From Salinispira sp. (lineage in GTDB: Bacteria; Spirochaetota; Spirochaetia; DSM-27196; Salinispiraceae), in assembly GCA_965602015.1 (NCBI GenBank), contig OZ271918.1:1600001-1664000 (forward strand): a stretch of DNA of 64,000 nt. The letters run 5' to 3'. Positions 31,801 through 41,068 of this stretch are shown in pieces. How positions within the stretch are numbered: position 1 is the first letter of the stretch; every line of letters begins with the position of its first letter. Below the pieces are notes generated by a model. It ran no database searches. It was given only the letters and a program-made list of their open reading frames with translations, and had not been told where the DNA came from. Both the position numbers and the translations under genes were made by a program.

Positions 31801-32354
31801 TCGCAGACTTCCCCTCGGAGAGCGTACTCCCCCGGCACCGAGACCCTCTGCACCCTGAGGTATCCCCCGGCTTCTAATCGCGAAGCAAAATCCTGAGGAT
31901 CGAAGGTGCTGCCCTTCGAGATGCTGACATAGCGGCTTTGGATGTAATCCGGGGGCGGAAGGGGGGCGAGAAAGGACCGTATTCCGGTGCAGATAACATC
32001 TATCGATCGGTCCAGCATGCCGTCGAGCACCCGCAACCTTTGGCCGAATAGCGGGGAATTCCTTGCCACCGTCCGGTATGGTACCGTGCCCCACCAGGGT
32101 AGAACCGCCGTATTGACCCCGTATTGCTCAAGATCGCCGGCAAGGGTTTCAGCCTCCCTCTCGGTGGGCAATACGATGACCATGGGCCTGCCGCTGCGCT
32201 CCCTCATCTTTGCAAAAAGCAGGCCGTTCAAGCCTCCATGGACACCCTGAAGATGCAGGGGAAACCGCCCATCGCCGAGGGCTTCAAATAGCTCCTTGTA
32301 GGGCCGGTAGGCTTTTAATTCTTTTGATAGTATGGAATACAATAATGATTTCAT
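28860..32354 (-). CDS. mfd: transcription-repair coupling factor
   Basis: UvrB-like N-terminus, RID (VVHVNHGIG), GDVGYGKTE, DEEQRFG, QLRGRVGR, TRCF C-terminus. Confidence 0.97.
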   Translation of the reverse strand: MKSLLYSILSKELKAYRPYKELFEALGDGRFPLHLQGVHGGLNGLLFAKMRERSGRPMVIVLPTEREAETLAGDLEQYGVNTAVLPWWGTVPYRTVARNSPLFGQRLRVLDGMLDRSIDVICTGIRSFLAPLPPPDYIQSRYVSISKGSTFDPQDFASRLEAGGYLRVQRVSVPGEYALRGEVCDVFMAGDDNPIRIVFGWDEIEQIRRFDVGSQSSLETLENISIRPSRELIWDEERIAILRSNLEKLPEIRERADEIIEAWILTEQEGHERFFPLAFRTQRQSSIMDYLGEKCLTVLGEYERCYAAEESLQREYGAMYRKIRHSEPIPRPERLLIPLEVLENDSPSLLRMPLLKSAHPEDHGVSDDSPVESLMEDERPIDRSARPALLPAAAEVRFDSDGSRSYFGNITFFKEELENMLSAGYRVIILADSDVQKMRLDHLLNEYQLEILPENISEGFSIRDRSVMVIHENEIFGRKKRVPRSVKKVKSEAIDSFVELDEGDHVVHVNHGIGKFRGIQRITAGGNERDYIKLEYAGEEYIFVPIEQVNLIQRYIGSQGSDPRLDTIGGKSWEKRKSRVSKHVEDLAERLLTLYSKRKKATGYAFPEDSEWQIEFEASFPFEETEDQVRCIDEVKRDMERAVPMDRLVCGDVGYGKTEIAMRAAFKAISAGKQVAFLAPTTILAEQHFENLEERLEKFPVKTAMMSRLVGKGEQRKTLKSLEEGETDMVVGTHRIIQKDVKFANLGLLIIDEEQRFGVKDKERLKELKASIDCLTLSATPIPRTLHMSLLKIRDMSLLKTPPYNRRPIETYVEAFDEELVARAIRREVERGGQVFYLHNRVETLENVQLFLRKIVPEVMVEMAHGQMNPHELEDIMHRFIHGGFQVLVATTIIENGINIPNVNTIIIDRADMYGISQLYQLRGRVGRSGRLAHAYLLYPEQRALSELAMKRLQIISDHTELGSGFKIAMKDLEVRGAGNLLGSQQSGDIYSIGFDLYLRLLDQAIRRLSDEQEELPSEIYLEMEYSGFIPDSYISDTMEKMEVYKKIAAVTSQENLDAVHAEILDRYGPIPDEVASLLSLAEIRILCWDLNISMIRERRGSARVHFAKVAKLNINKIMELIRTSGGSVKVDPKHPEVLIVDTSVVGLKEKSEYLRDRLSSIAG

Positions 32355-32402
32355 GTTTACATCCGATAATTGTAACAGTATATACGGGAGATCATTGCGC
32401 CA

Positions 32403-33359
32403 ATGAAAAAAACGAAGATAATCGCCATGACATGCCTACTCGCCTGCCTGATATCCGCTGGCCAGTTATTTGCCCAAAGTCATCAGGGTATTGACCTGCG
32501 CGTCCGCCTGTATGATCAAAGAATATACTTCCCGAACGACCCTGTTCTCATCCGCCTTACCATCAGCAACGACAGTCCGGATACCTATCGTTTCAAACTC
32601 GCCGACCGTCGTCTTCACAATGTCGATTTCGATGTTCGGGGAATGGACAATAGCAGCGCCGCGCCAAGTCAGCAGTTTATCACAATGATAAATGACTCGC
32701 AAAGAGTGAGTTACCGGGAAGTCGACCTGCTGCCCGGTGAAGAGCTTTCATTTGTGGAGGACCTGAGCAGCTACCGAAACCTGCAGGATGGCATCTACGT
32801 CATTCACGCGCGATTTTTTCCGGAACTCAAAGATATCGCTGACCAGCATGTTCTGATGTCGAACAGTCTGACCCTCTCGGTACGGCAGGGATTCGATCGG
32901 GAGAATGCAAGCGAAATCCGGGTTCAGGACGCAGTAATGGATCAGATGCAGCAGGCCGCCCTGCCCCCTGATGAAGTGGTGGCATACATGCTGGATGCAC
33001 GCATGCGCTCAGCGCGGGAGCGATTCCTTCAATACCTCGATGTGGAACGCCTGTACACCGACCATCCCCAGCGACAAGCCGAATATGCCAGACTCTCGGC
33101 GGTTCGTCGCAGAGATGTTCTGGAAGCCTACCGGGATGAGTTGTGGAACTCAAGAACTCCCGAAGGCATCAGTCTCATACCGATCAACTATCAAATTCAA
33201 CGAACCAGCTACAGTCCGAATCTTGGAACCGTGACGGTTGAACAGCGATACGATCAGGGAGAGTTTACTGAAATAAAGCGTTTCACATACGAACTCGAAC
33301 GCCGGGACGGAATTTGGTATATTGTACGATATCAGGTTATTAATCTCGGGACGGAATAA
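32403..33359 (+). CDS. secreted conserved hypothetical protein (Ig-like N-terminus, NTF2-like C-terminus)
   Basis: Signal peptide (..QLFAQ); C-terminal YELERRDGIWYIVRY beta pattern. Confidence 0.65.
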   Translation: MKKTKIIAMTCLLACLISAGQLFAQSHQGIDLRVRLYDQRIYFPNDPVLIRLTISNDSPDTYRFKLADRRLHNVDFDVRGMDNSSAAPSQQFITMINDSQRVSYREVDLLPGEELSFVEDLSSYRNLQDGIYVIHARFFPELKDIADQHVLMSNSLTLSVRQGFDRENASEIRVQDAVMDQMQQAALPPDEVVAYMLDARMRSARERFLQYLDVERLYTDHPQRQAEYARLSAVRRRDVLEAYRDELWNSRTPEGISLIPINYQIQRTSYSPNLGTVTVEQRYDQGEFTEIKRFTYELERRDGIWYIVRYQVINLGTE

Positions 33360-34159
33360 TGAAAATCATCCTTGTCAGTCCGGAAAGTTCAGATTCGGAA
33401 AAGCTCAGGTCCTTCCTCAAACTCTCCGGCAGGAACGACGTTCTGCTCTTTCACTACTATCACCCCCTCAAAGCCATCGATAATCTGGAAGAATTGCGGC
33501 CCGATCTGATTGTCTGGAGCATTATCGATTTTCCACGGCATTGGAAGACCCTGATTCCCTTCGCCGATGGTATACCGGGCATGGAAAATCTCCGAATGGT
33601 ACTCTATGCGAACCGGAGCATCGAAGAAAAGGAAATCGACAAGGCCCACACCCTAAAGGTTGCGGGAATCATTCAACAGGGCTTATCCAGTCCTGAGGGA
33701 CAAGATGTCCTCACCGAGGCGTTGGCAAACTTTCCGGCAGAGGACAACGGCCAGAGCGGCAAAGATTCCGCCGGTGCATTCAGGCCGCAGGGGGATGCGG
33801 AGGCAAAGCCAAGCCTCAGCAATATGCGGGAAAGCCTTGAGCTGCTGCGTCTCGAGCCGATGGAGGATCGCCCCATCAGTCTCATCATGTCCCATCCACT
33901 TAATCTCAAAATTATACGGGGGGAAGTGCTGGCCATTGATCCCGACAGTATAGAGTTCTCCCCGGCTAAGGATCGGGACCTCGCTGACCTACCCAGCGGC
34001 ACAATAATAAAGGGCAGCCGCTTGAAGATCGGAGAGCATTCCCTGCGCCTCGATGTTAAGCTGCAGAAAATGACTGACCGCTACGGCCTGGTTATTCAGG
34101 AGCCCGAGAAGGAATACATTCCGGTAATAAGCAACCTCCTTCATGGCAAGATCGGATAA
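33359..34159 (+). CDS. pseudo-receiver plus PilZ-like domain protein
   Basis: MKIILV..., KAIDNLEELRPDLIVWS (no phosphoacceptor Asp); C-terminal beta-barrel pattern; TAATG overlap. Confidence 0.5.
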   Translation: MKIILVSPESSDSEKLRSFLKLSGRNDVLLFHYYHPLKAIDNLEELRPDLIVWSIIDFPRHWKTLIPFADGIPGMENLRMVLYANRSIEEKEIDKAHTLKVAGIIQQGLSSPEGQDVLTEALANFPAEDNGQSGKDSAGAFRPQGDAEAKPSLSNMRESLELLRLEPMEDRPISLIMSHPLNLKIIRGEVLAIDPDSIEFSPAKDRDLADLPSGTIIKGSRLKIGEHSLRLDVKLQKMTDRYGLVIQEPEKEYIPVISNLLHGKIG

Positions 34160-34220
34160 AATTCATTAGTATTGCGGAAGGGCACATTGGCGGAGCAATG
34201 CCGACTCAAGGGGCGTTTCT

Positions 34221-34532
34221 ATGAAATATCTCACATGGTTTCCAGTGGAAAATCAGCTGCCGCAAATCCGCTCGGCGCATAACTACCGCGAAGACGGCAA
34301 AGAGTATCAGGGCTCACCCCGTAAACACCCCTATGATGCCCAGCGTATTCTTCTTCTGTCGGGAATACTGGACGGTGATGACCAGGTCTGTTATGACTTT
34401 AGCCTGAACGATATTATTCATATTGAAGAGCTTGAGAACCTCGTAAGTTTCGAAGGCGAATCCATTAGGGTGATGAAAATTTGGGTGCGAAAAGGGGCAG
34501 AAGCGTTCAGCCTGACACCCTTCAAAGTCTGA
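34221..34532 (+). CDS. small conserved hypothetical protein (GSPRKHPYD family)
   Basis: 103-aa ORF with AGGGG RBS; GSPRKHPYD and IWVRKG motifs. Confidence 0.6.
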   Translation: MKYLTWFPVENQLPQIRSAHNYREDGKEYQGSPRKHPYDAQRILLLSGILDGDDQVCYDFSLNDIIHIEELENLVSFEGESIRVMKIWVRKGAEAFSLTPFKV

Positions 34533-34584
34533 CTCAATTCTCCCGGCCCAGCTCCTGGTTTTTCTAAATCTTTACGCAAGATTA

Positions 34585-34613
34585 TTGACACAAATTTAGC
34601 TATCCGGTACATT
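34585..34613 (+). promoter_or_regulatory. sigma70 promoter of tRNA-Asn
   Basis: TTGACA-17-TACATT. Confidence 0.75.
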
Positions 34614-34633
34614 AGCACTCGTCATTACGACGG

Positions 34634-34706
34634 TCCCCTGTAGCTCAGTTGGTAGAGCAGTAGACTGTTAATCTATTTGTCCCTGGTTCGAGTCCAGGTG
34701 GGGGAG
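34634..34706 (+). tRNA. tRNA-Asn(GTT)
   Basis: TCCCCTG acceptor, TAGCTCAGTTGGTAGAGC D arm, GTAGA-CTGTTAA-TCTAT anticodon arm, CCTGG-TTCGAGT-CCAGG T arm. Confidence 0.97.
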
Positions 34707-34712
34707 CTGCAG

Positions 34713-34747
34713 AAGATCAGATGCCATTAGGCATCTGATCTTTTTTT
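34713..34747 (+). terminator. tRNA-Asn terminator
   Basis: AAGATCAGATGCC/GGCATCTGATCTT stem plus T-run. Confidence 0.9.
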
Positions 34748-34846
34748 ATATACCGACTACCCTGAACATAGTTCCCAGGAGCGGCATGCGTCCTGTATTG
34801 TCACATTGCCGTCCCGGACTTATCTTTCACAGGCGAAAATAATTCA

Positions 34847-35077
34847 TCAGCGCACAAGCGGCGCTGCTATGTCCTCTATAAAAATCTCAACGCCGAACAA
34901 TTCATATTGGCCGAGATAATCAAGCTCGCTGTCTCCGGCTTCGCCGATAAAATTGCGATACCATTCGAGCAGGCGGTAGTCTTTGAGATTCATAAGAACG
35001 GCGTCGGGCTCATTCCCCTGCTCGCGTTTTAGGCTGATCTGACGATACACATCGGCTATAATTTCCTCTGGTCGCAT
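34847..35077 (-). CDS. small hypothetical protein
   Basis: 76-aa acidic ORF with normal codon usage. Confidence 0.55.
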   Translation of the reverse strand: MRPEEIIADVYRQISLKREQGNEPDAVLMNLKDYRLLEWYRNFIGEAGDSELDYLGQYELFGVEIFIEDIAAPLVR

Positions 35078-35136
35078 AGCAAAATTGTATACACATTGCA
35101 CATCTAAATCCACGCCATTGCCTCAGCAAGGCGCAT

Positions 35137-35165
35137 AAAAAAACAGCCCGCCTTTCGACGGGCTG
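35137..35165 (-). terminator. terminator of hppA
   Basis: CAGCCCG..CGGGCTG hairpin plus T7 on the minus strand. Confidence 0.85.
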
Positions 35166-35187
35166 CATACGCACCACGCGGTTTAAA

Positions 35188-37359
35188 TCAAAAAAACAGA
35201 TCAAGTATGTTATAGCGCTGGAAAATCGATACGGTAATAAGGGAAATAACCGCCATAATCTTTATAAGAATATCCAGCGATGGTCCCACGGTGTCTTTCA
35301 GGGGATCGCCAACCGTGTCTCCGATAACTGCCGCCGAATGAGCCTCCGAACCCTTTCCTCCGTGGTGGCCCTGTTCGATGTATTTCTTAGCATTATCCCA
35401 GGCTCCTCCCGAGTTTGCGGTGAAGAGGGCCAGCATAATCGCGCTGAGAGTTGTACCGATAAGCAGGCCTCCGACGAAATTGGGCCCCAGAACAAAGCCG
35501 GATACGATGGGGGTAAGCACGGCAATAAGAGCGGGCACCTTCATTTCAGAAATAGCACCGGCTGAACTGATTTCAATACAGAGGCGATAGTCAGGCTTTT
35601 CTTCACCGGTGAGTATGCCCGGTTTTTCCTTGAACTGACGGCGGACCTCCTGAACCATCTTGCGGGCGGCCTTGGCGACCGCTTCTATGAGAATACCGCT
35701 GAAAAGATACGGAAGGGCGGCTCCCACCAGAGCTCCGGCGAGAATCATGGGATCAATCATATTGAGCAACAGGCCCTGGAAACTGTTGGCGGTTTCCGGA
35801 CCCACCTGGCTGTACAGGAACGAAGCGAAAAGACTCAATGCCGCCAGGGCGGCGGATCCGATAGCAAATCCCTTGCCGATTGCGGCGGTGGTGTTTCCAA
35901 CCGAATCGAGTTCATCGGTGATTTCCCGAACACGGGGGGCGAGCTTGGACATTTCGGAGATGCCGCCCGCGTTATCGGCGATCGGCCCGTAGGTGTCAAC
36001 GCTGACCGTTGAAACGACGAAACTCAGCATGCCGATGGCAGCCATGGCAACGCCGTAAAGACCGGCAAGGGCATGAGCGCCGATGACAGCCAGACTGAGC
36101 ACCAGCAGCGGATAGAAGGTGGATTTCATTCCCGCGGCCAAGCCCTCGGTTATATTGAGGGCCGTCCCTTCCCGGCTTGCGGCCGATATGCCCTTCGTCG
36201 GGCTGAAATTATAGCTGGTGAAGTATTCGGCCAGCTGGCCGATAACGATGCCCGTTGTGATTCCCAGGACCGCGGCCAACCAGGGACTAATCCAACCCAG
36301 GCGAAAGCCCAGGGCCTCAAACTGGCTGGCTTCTACGCTGCGGAACAGCAAAAAGCTCATAACACCCGTACTTACCAGTGTGAGAATGGCCGAACTGAAC
36401 AGTGACGCATTGAGCTCCCGGTGGGGATGCTCCCCCGTCTTCTTGAGGAGGAGAAACGCGATGCCGAGTATGCTGCTCAGTATTCCCAGGGCAGCAAAAA
36501 GCATCGGATAGTTTAAAAGACTGGTCATAAGCCCGTCGCTGAAACCTATGCCCTGGGCATTCATTGTGTAGTACATGTACGCCGTCAGAACAACCGAGGA
36601 AATGATTGCGCCGACGTAGCTTTCCAGCAGGTCGGCACCGAGTCCCGCTACATCGCCGACGTTGTCCCCGACATTATCGGCGATGGTCGCCGGGTTACGG
36701 GGATCGTCTTCAGGGATGTGGGCCTCGGTTTTGCCGACCAGGTCCGCTCCCATGTCAGCAGCTTTGGTATAGATGCCTCCCCCTACCCGGTCGAACATCG
36801 CAATGACTGAACAGCCCAGGGCGTAGCCGGAAACGCTCATGGTAAAGGGAATAAAGTTTATACCAAGGTAGTTACTGACGATTTTCATATTCGCCGGATC
36901 TGTTTGACCGAGGACCCGGCCGAAAACAATATAGATTACAAGTAAACCGAGAAGCGAAAAACCCCCGACGCACAGCCCCATCACAGAGCCGCCCCTGAAG
37001 GCAACCTTCAAGGTGCTACCCAGGGTTTCTGTCTTCCGCGCTTCATTGGATACCCGTACGTTGGCAATGGTTGCAATCTTCATGCCGATCCAGCCGGCGG
37101 AAGCGCTCATCAAGGCGCCCAGAATGAACGACACGCCGGTATACCAGCTCACCAGGGCGCCGATCCCGATGGCGATAAAAATGGCAATGGAAAAAATCAC
37201 CTTGTATTCATGCCTGATAAACGCGTCGGCCCCTTCCTGGATTGCACCGGCGATCTCCCGCATCGTTTCGGTTCCCGGGTCGAGGCGCTTGACGCCGTAA
37301 TAATTGACTGCAGCGAAGCTTAACGCCGCTACAATGCCGATAATCACCAATCCATACAT
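35188..37359 (-). CDS. hppA: membrane-bound K+-dependent, probably Na+-translocating pyrophosphatase
   Basis: TKAADMGADLVGK.E, EDDPRNP..IADNVGDNVGD, GADLLES, GNTTAA, GDTVGDP.KD. Confidence 0.93.
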   Translation of the reverse strand: MYGLVIIGIVAALSFAAVNYYGVKRLDPGTETMREIAGAIQEGADAFIRHEYKVIFSIAIFIAIGIGALVSWYTGVSFILGALMSASAGWIGMKIATIANVRVSNEARKTETLGSTLKVAFRGGSVMGLCVGGFSLLGLLVIYIVFGRVLGQTDPANMKIVSNYLGINFIPFTMSVSGYALGCSVIAMFDRVGGGIYTKAADMGADLVGKTEAHIPEDDPRNPATIADNVGDNVGDVAGLGADLLESYVGAIISSVVLTAYMYYTMNAQGIGFSDGLMTSLLNYPMLFAALGILSSILGIAFLLLKKTGEHPHRELNASLFSSAILTLVSTGVMSFLLFRSVEASQFEALGFRLGWISPWLAAVLGITTGIVIGQLAEYFTSYNFSPTKGISAASREGTALNITEGLAAGMKSTFYPLLVLSLAVIGAHALAGLYGVAMAAIGMLSFVVSTVSVDTYGPIADNAGGISEMSKLAPRVREITDELDSVGNTTAAIGKGFAIGSAALAALSLFASFLYSQVGPETANSFQGLLLNMIDPMILAGALVGAALPYLFSGILIEAVAKAARKMVQEVRRQFKEKPGILTGEEKPDYRLCIEISSAGAISEMKVPALIAVLTPIVSGFVLGPNFVGGLLIGTTLSAIMLALFTANSGGAWDNAKKYIEQGHHGGKGSEAHSAAVIGDTVGDPLKDTVGPSLDILIKIMAVISLITVSIFQRYNILDLFF

Positions 37360-37502
37360 CGTGGTACCCTCGGTGGCTGAATTATCCCGGACTGCAGCAA
37401 TAACAGGTACAGTGAGGCAATTACCGCAAATTGCCCAAGATTAGATAAAATGATAGCATCGCAACAAGACCAACGCAATCATTTTTCCCCGAGGAAATCA
37501 CC

Positions 37503-38111
37503 ATGGCAAAAGGACATATGAGCCATCCCCCTATCAGCGGCATGACGCCGTCCACCGTTCTCGATGATCTGGACAGGGGCATCGGAGAGCTGCAGGACTA
37601 TCGCTCTGATGACAACGCCGTCCTGCTTTTTATTCAGCGCGGGGGACGGGGAATGAGCGGCGAAGTTCTGCTTATTGAAAAAAAGCGCGGCCTGGGAGCG
37701 GGCAAGGTGAACGGGCCGGGGGGAAAGCTTGAGGCGGGCGAGAGCTTTATGGACGCGGCGATTCGAGAATGCCGGGAAGAGGTCGGCCTTGTGGCCCGCA
37801 ACCCCGAACTCATGGGACGGCTTTATTTTACCTTCGCGGACGGATACCGGATGTACGGTGAGGTCTTCTGGTCATATGAGTATGACGGGAAAGAAATAGA
37901 AACCGAAGAAGCAAAACCCTTCTGGTGCGAACCGGCGAACATGCCTTATGGCAGAATGTGGGCCGACGATCGCTTGTGGATGCCCCAGGTACTACTCGGC
38001 CATAAGTTCTCGGCCTTTTTTTACTTCGATGATGATGTTCTCCGGCATGCTCAAATTCAATATGATTTCAGAAGCGGTCTTCCGGCTCATCCCCACAGGG
38101 ATCATGCCTGA
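37503..38111 (+). CDS. Nudix hydrolase, MTH1-like 8-oxo-dGTPase
   Basis: KKRGLGAGK.NGPGGK.E.GE....AA.RE..EEVG Nudix box; MWADD. Confidence 0.85.
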   Translation: MAKGHMSHPPISGMTPSTVLDDLDRGIGELQDYRSDDNAVLLFIQRGGRGMSGEVLLIEKKRGLGAGKVNGPGGKLEAGESFMDAAIRECREEVGLVARNPELMGRLYFTFADGYRMYGEVFWSYEYDGKEIETEEAKPFWCEPANMPYGRMWADDRLWMPQVLLGHKFSAFFYFDDDVLRHAQIQYDFRSGLPAHPHRDHA

Positions 38112-38179
38112 AACAGGAGCATCCCTGAAGCAGGATCATCCCGTCAAAGATAGGCCGTAGTCCGCTGCAATAGTGAGCC

Positions 38180-38758
38180 TTACTGCAGATTTTGCTCAAT
38201 GTACCGGGCGTACACAAATAGACAGTCCGATAGCCGGTTGAGATAGTTATGAGCCAGCCTCAGGTATTCCGTGGCGAGATTTTTTATATATGAAACCATC
38301 TGGCGTTCTGCTCGGCGGCACACGGTCCGGCAAACATCCAGCCGGGCACAGACTTCACTGGATCCGGGAATGATAAACCCGTCGAGGCTGATGTGCTGCA
38401 TATATCTTTTCTCAATCTTCTCCAGAGATTCAAGGGCATGTTGAAGGTGAGTCACCCATGCGGTTTCGTTCTTTCCCAATGGCTTGATAGTATTGATTCC
38501 GCTCACCGGCGTAGCAATCACAGCGGAAATGTTCTGCAGTTCCTTTTGTATATTGTGCAACTCCCGAGCCATGGTCTTTTCTTCTGCAGAATCGGCGGAC
38601 AGGGCGCATCGGGCGAGCCCCATAAACGACACCAGCTCGTCAATATCTCCGAGTACCGAGAACACCGGTTCATACTTGAATCGCCGCTCGCCGCCGAATA
38701 ATCCGGATTTGCCCCCGTCGCCCCCGCGGGTGGTAATCATTTCAAAATCCACTGACAT
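38180..38758 (-). CDS. ATP:cob(I)alamin adenosyltransferase (PduO type)
   Basis: TTRGGDGG.S, GDIDEL, RTVCRRAER, YLNRLSD; GGAGG RBS. Confidence 0.9.
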   Translation of the reverse strand: MSVDFEMITTRGGDGGKSGLFGGERRFKYEPVFSVLGDIDELVSFMGLARCALSADSAEEKTMARELHNIQKELQNISAVIATPVSGINTIKPLGKNETAWVTHLQHALESLEKIEKRYMQHISLDGFIIPGSSEVCARLDVCRTVCRRAERQMVSYIKNLATEYLRLAHNYLNRLSDCLFVYARYIEQNLQ

Positions 38759-38776
38759 CAATACGCCTCCGTAGTC

Positions 38777-38803
38777 AAAGAAAGAGCCCGTTCACCGGGC
38801 TCT
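38777..38803 (-). terminator. terminator after the sigma factor gene
   Basis: AGAGCCCG/CGGGCTCT hairpin plus T-rich tail. Confidence 0.65.
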
Positions 38804-38869
38804 CGTAATCTACTCATTTAATTCTGCCGCCGTCATATAATTCCGGCGTATAGGGATTTTTTTATGAAG

Positions 38870-39856
38870 TTACACAGTATTACCCTGATAGTCCTGGATT
38901 TTGGTCATGTTCCGCAGTTTCTTCATGGCTTTCTCCTGGATTTGCCGTACCCGTTCGCGGGTGATACCCAGATATTTCCCCGTTTCCTCAAGGGTGAAAG
39001 GACCTTCACCGGCAAGGCCAAAACGCAGCTGGATAATTTTCATTTCACGCTCGGAAAGCTGCTTTAGCACCTCGTCGAGGGTGTCCTGAAGAGTGAGATG
39101 GAAAACCCGCTCAAAGGGTTCCTCGGAATTGCTGTCCATAATTAAATCCGCAAGGGTGGTCATGTTATCGTCATCAACCGTGGTGTCCAGGGAGGCAGTC
39201 TCCTGACTGAGTTTCATAATGTCCCTGATTTTTTCCGGGGGGAAATCGAGGTATTCCGAAAGCTCGTGAACATCCGGGTCCCGCCCCAACTCCTGAGTAA
39301 GATGTTTTGCGACGAAATAGCATTTTTTTATGGTATTAAGCATGTGGATGGGTATGCGGATAACCCGGCCCTTGTCCGCCAGGCTTTTGATAATTGCCTG
39401 TCGTATCCACCAGGTGCCGTAGGTGGAGAAGCGGCAGCCCTTGGTATAATCGAAACGCTCAACAGCTTCAATAAGGCCGATGTTGCCCTCATCAATAAGG
39501 TCTAAAAGAGATAGCCCCCTATGCTGAAACTTCTTCGCGATGGAAACGACCAGGCGCAGATTAGCATTGATCATCTTATTTTTATAGAAGCGAAACATCT
39601 CTTCGGCGTCGCTGACCATAGACCGGGTGACGCTTTTTTCGGCATTTTCAATGGCCTCGCGTAGAACCAGCAGCTCTTCACGCTTTCGGGCGATTTTTTC
39701 GCCGAGATCCTTTTCCTCGTGAACCGTCAGCAGAGGATAATGAGCAATCTGTTTGAGGTAGAGGGCGAGAAGATCAGTATCGTATCCGTTCGAACTGATT
39801 TTTTCATCGTTGCGGAGCTTTTTGGACGGAGCGGCATGAGCGGGAGCGTTATTCAT
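38870..39856 (-). CDS. group 2 (RpoS-like) sigma70-family sigma factor
   Basis: Regions 1.2 (YLKQI), 2 ([23 protein letters not shown]), 3 and 4 (TRERVRQI); no region 1.1; downstream of an nlpD-like gene. Confidence 0.88.
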   Translation of the reverse strand: MNNAPAHAAPSKKLRNDEKISSNGYDTDLLALYLKQIAHYPLLTVHEEKDLGEKIARKREELLVLREAIENAEKSVTRSMVSDAEEMFRFYKNKMINANLRLVVSIAKKFQHRGLSLLDLIDEGNIGLIEAVERFDYTKGCRFSTYGTWWIRQAIIKSLADKGRVIRIPIHMLNTIKKCYFVAKHLTQELGRDPDVHELSEYLDFPPEKIRDIMKLSQETASLDTTVDDDNMTTLADLIMDSNSEEPFERVFHLTLQDTLDEVLKQLSEREMKIIQLRFGLAGEGPFTLEETGKYLGITRERVRQIQEKAMKKLRNMTKIQDYQGNTV

Positions 39857-40052
39857 GGTGTACCTTCCATTTGTTGTGTGGGCTTGGAACTTCCGTGTTC
39901 CAAGGGGATAGTTACCGTATGGTTTAGTGTAATACAAAAATTATCAATGTCCAGGAATTCATCAAATATTTACTATTTTTCTCAAGGAAACCACCGGATT
40001 ATCACCATTTCGCCTCGGGATGCTCCCAAGTGGTCCACCGCTTATCCACCGT

Positions 40053-40907
40053 TCAGCGGGGTGCGCTGTTCGGGTCGACATATCGCCCTTCCTTCCAGAC
40101 GCTGAAATAGACCTGCACCTCCGACAGGAGCGGGCTTGGGCCAAGGGTGCCGATGCGGTCGCTGCTGTCAATTTCCTGCCCCTGCTCCACGAAGAGCTCG
40201 CGGTTACCACCGTAGATAAAAATATACCCCCGTGGATTCTGGACAAAAACCACATTACCAAGTGTCGAGTGGGGACCGCTGTACACTACCCGTCCCGAAC
40301 TCACCGATCGGATATCGTCGCCGGTTTCACCGCGGATTACCACTCCGGGGAATTTCCCATTGAACTCGAATCGCTGCCCCGGATGGGGCCAGTAAAGCTC
40401 GTCGCCGCCGGTTGACGGAGTGTTTGACAGCAGGGTTCCTTCCCTGGCCCGGTCATCCCGGCCGGAGACAGCCTGGACGCTGGTCTCCTCGGGCGGAGCG
40501 GGATTTTCCAGGGCCTTGACCCTGATTATTTGTCCGGGGAGGATGGTATTGTCCGGCAAATTGTTGATTGAACGTATTTCGGACACCGACATGCCGGTTC
40601 TGCGGGAGATTCCAAACAGCGTATCGCCTAGTTGGATCTCGTAATTCTCGAGATCATAGGTCTCTGCAATGACCTTCTGTTCTTCTCCGGGAATTCTCAG
40701 GATTTGGCCGACACGCAGTTCTCGGGCATCTTCAATACCATTGATTGCCATCAGTTCATCGACATCGACGCCGTTTTGCCGCGCGATGGAGTACAGGGTA
40801 TCGCCGGGAACAACACGATGCTCAAGATTCTCAGCGGCCGCTGTTCCACCGGCAATACAAACGATAACAAAACCGAGGATAAGACCTCTGACTCTTCCCA
40901 GTGGCAT
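40053..40907 (-). CDS. LysM x2 plus degenerate M23 peptidase protein (NlpD-like)
   Basis: Signal peptide; two LysM repeats (GDTLYSIAR, GDTLFGISR); M23 fold lacking the Zn ligands; GGAGG RBS. Confidence 0.85.
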   Translation of the reverse strand: MPLGRVRGLILGFVIVCIAGGTAAAENLEHRVVPGDTLYSIARQNGVDVDELMAINGIEDARELRVGQILRIPGEEQKVIAETYDLENYEIQLGDTLFGISRRTGMSVSEIRSINNLPDNTILPGQIIRVKALENPAPPEETSVQAVSGRDDRAREGTLLSNTPSTGGDELYWPHPGQRFEFNGKFPGVVIRGETGDDIRSVSSGRVVYSGPHSTLGNVVFVQNPRGYIFIYGGNRELFVEQGQEIDSSDRIGTLGPSPLLSEVQVYFSVWKEGRYVDPNSAPR

Positions 40908-41068
40908 AGCTGTTTCCTCCTGATGCTCCCATTTATTCATCGGCAGAATATATCACAGCATAAAGGCCCAAATCCGGCTCCATGGCGGTTGCGGGAAAAA
41001 CCGTCGGGAAATTTTTTGCTTCTTGTACTACACTGATAACAGAGGGACCTGCGGAGAACCTGTAAACT

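Noticed and set aside
34748..34846. att duplication or ncRNA downstream of tRNA-Asn
   Set aside because: No second copy of the tRNA-Asn 3' end seen by eye, and no recognisable SRP, tmRNA or 6S motifs.
39857..40052. Borrelia-type sigma54 promoter for the RpoS-like gene
   Set aside because: TTGGAAC is present but lacks GC at the N10 spacing.
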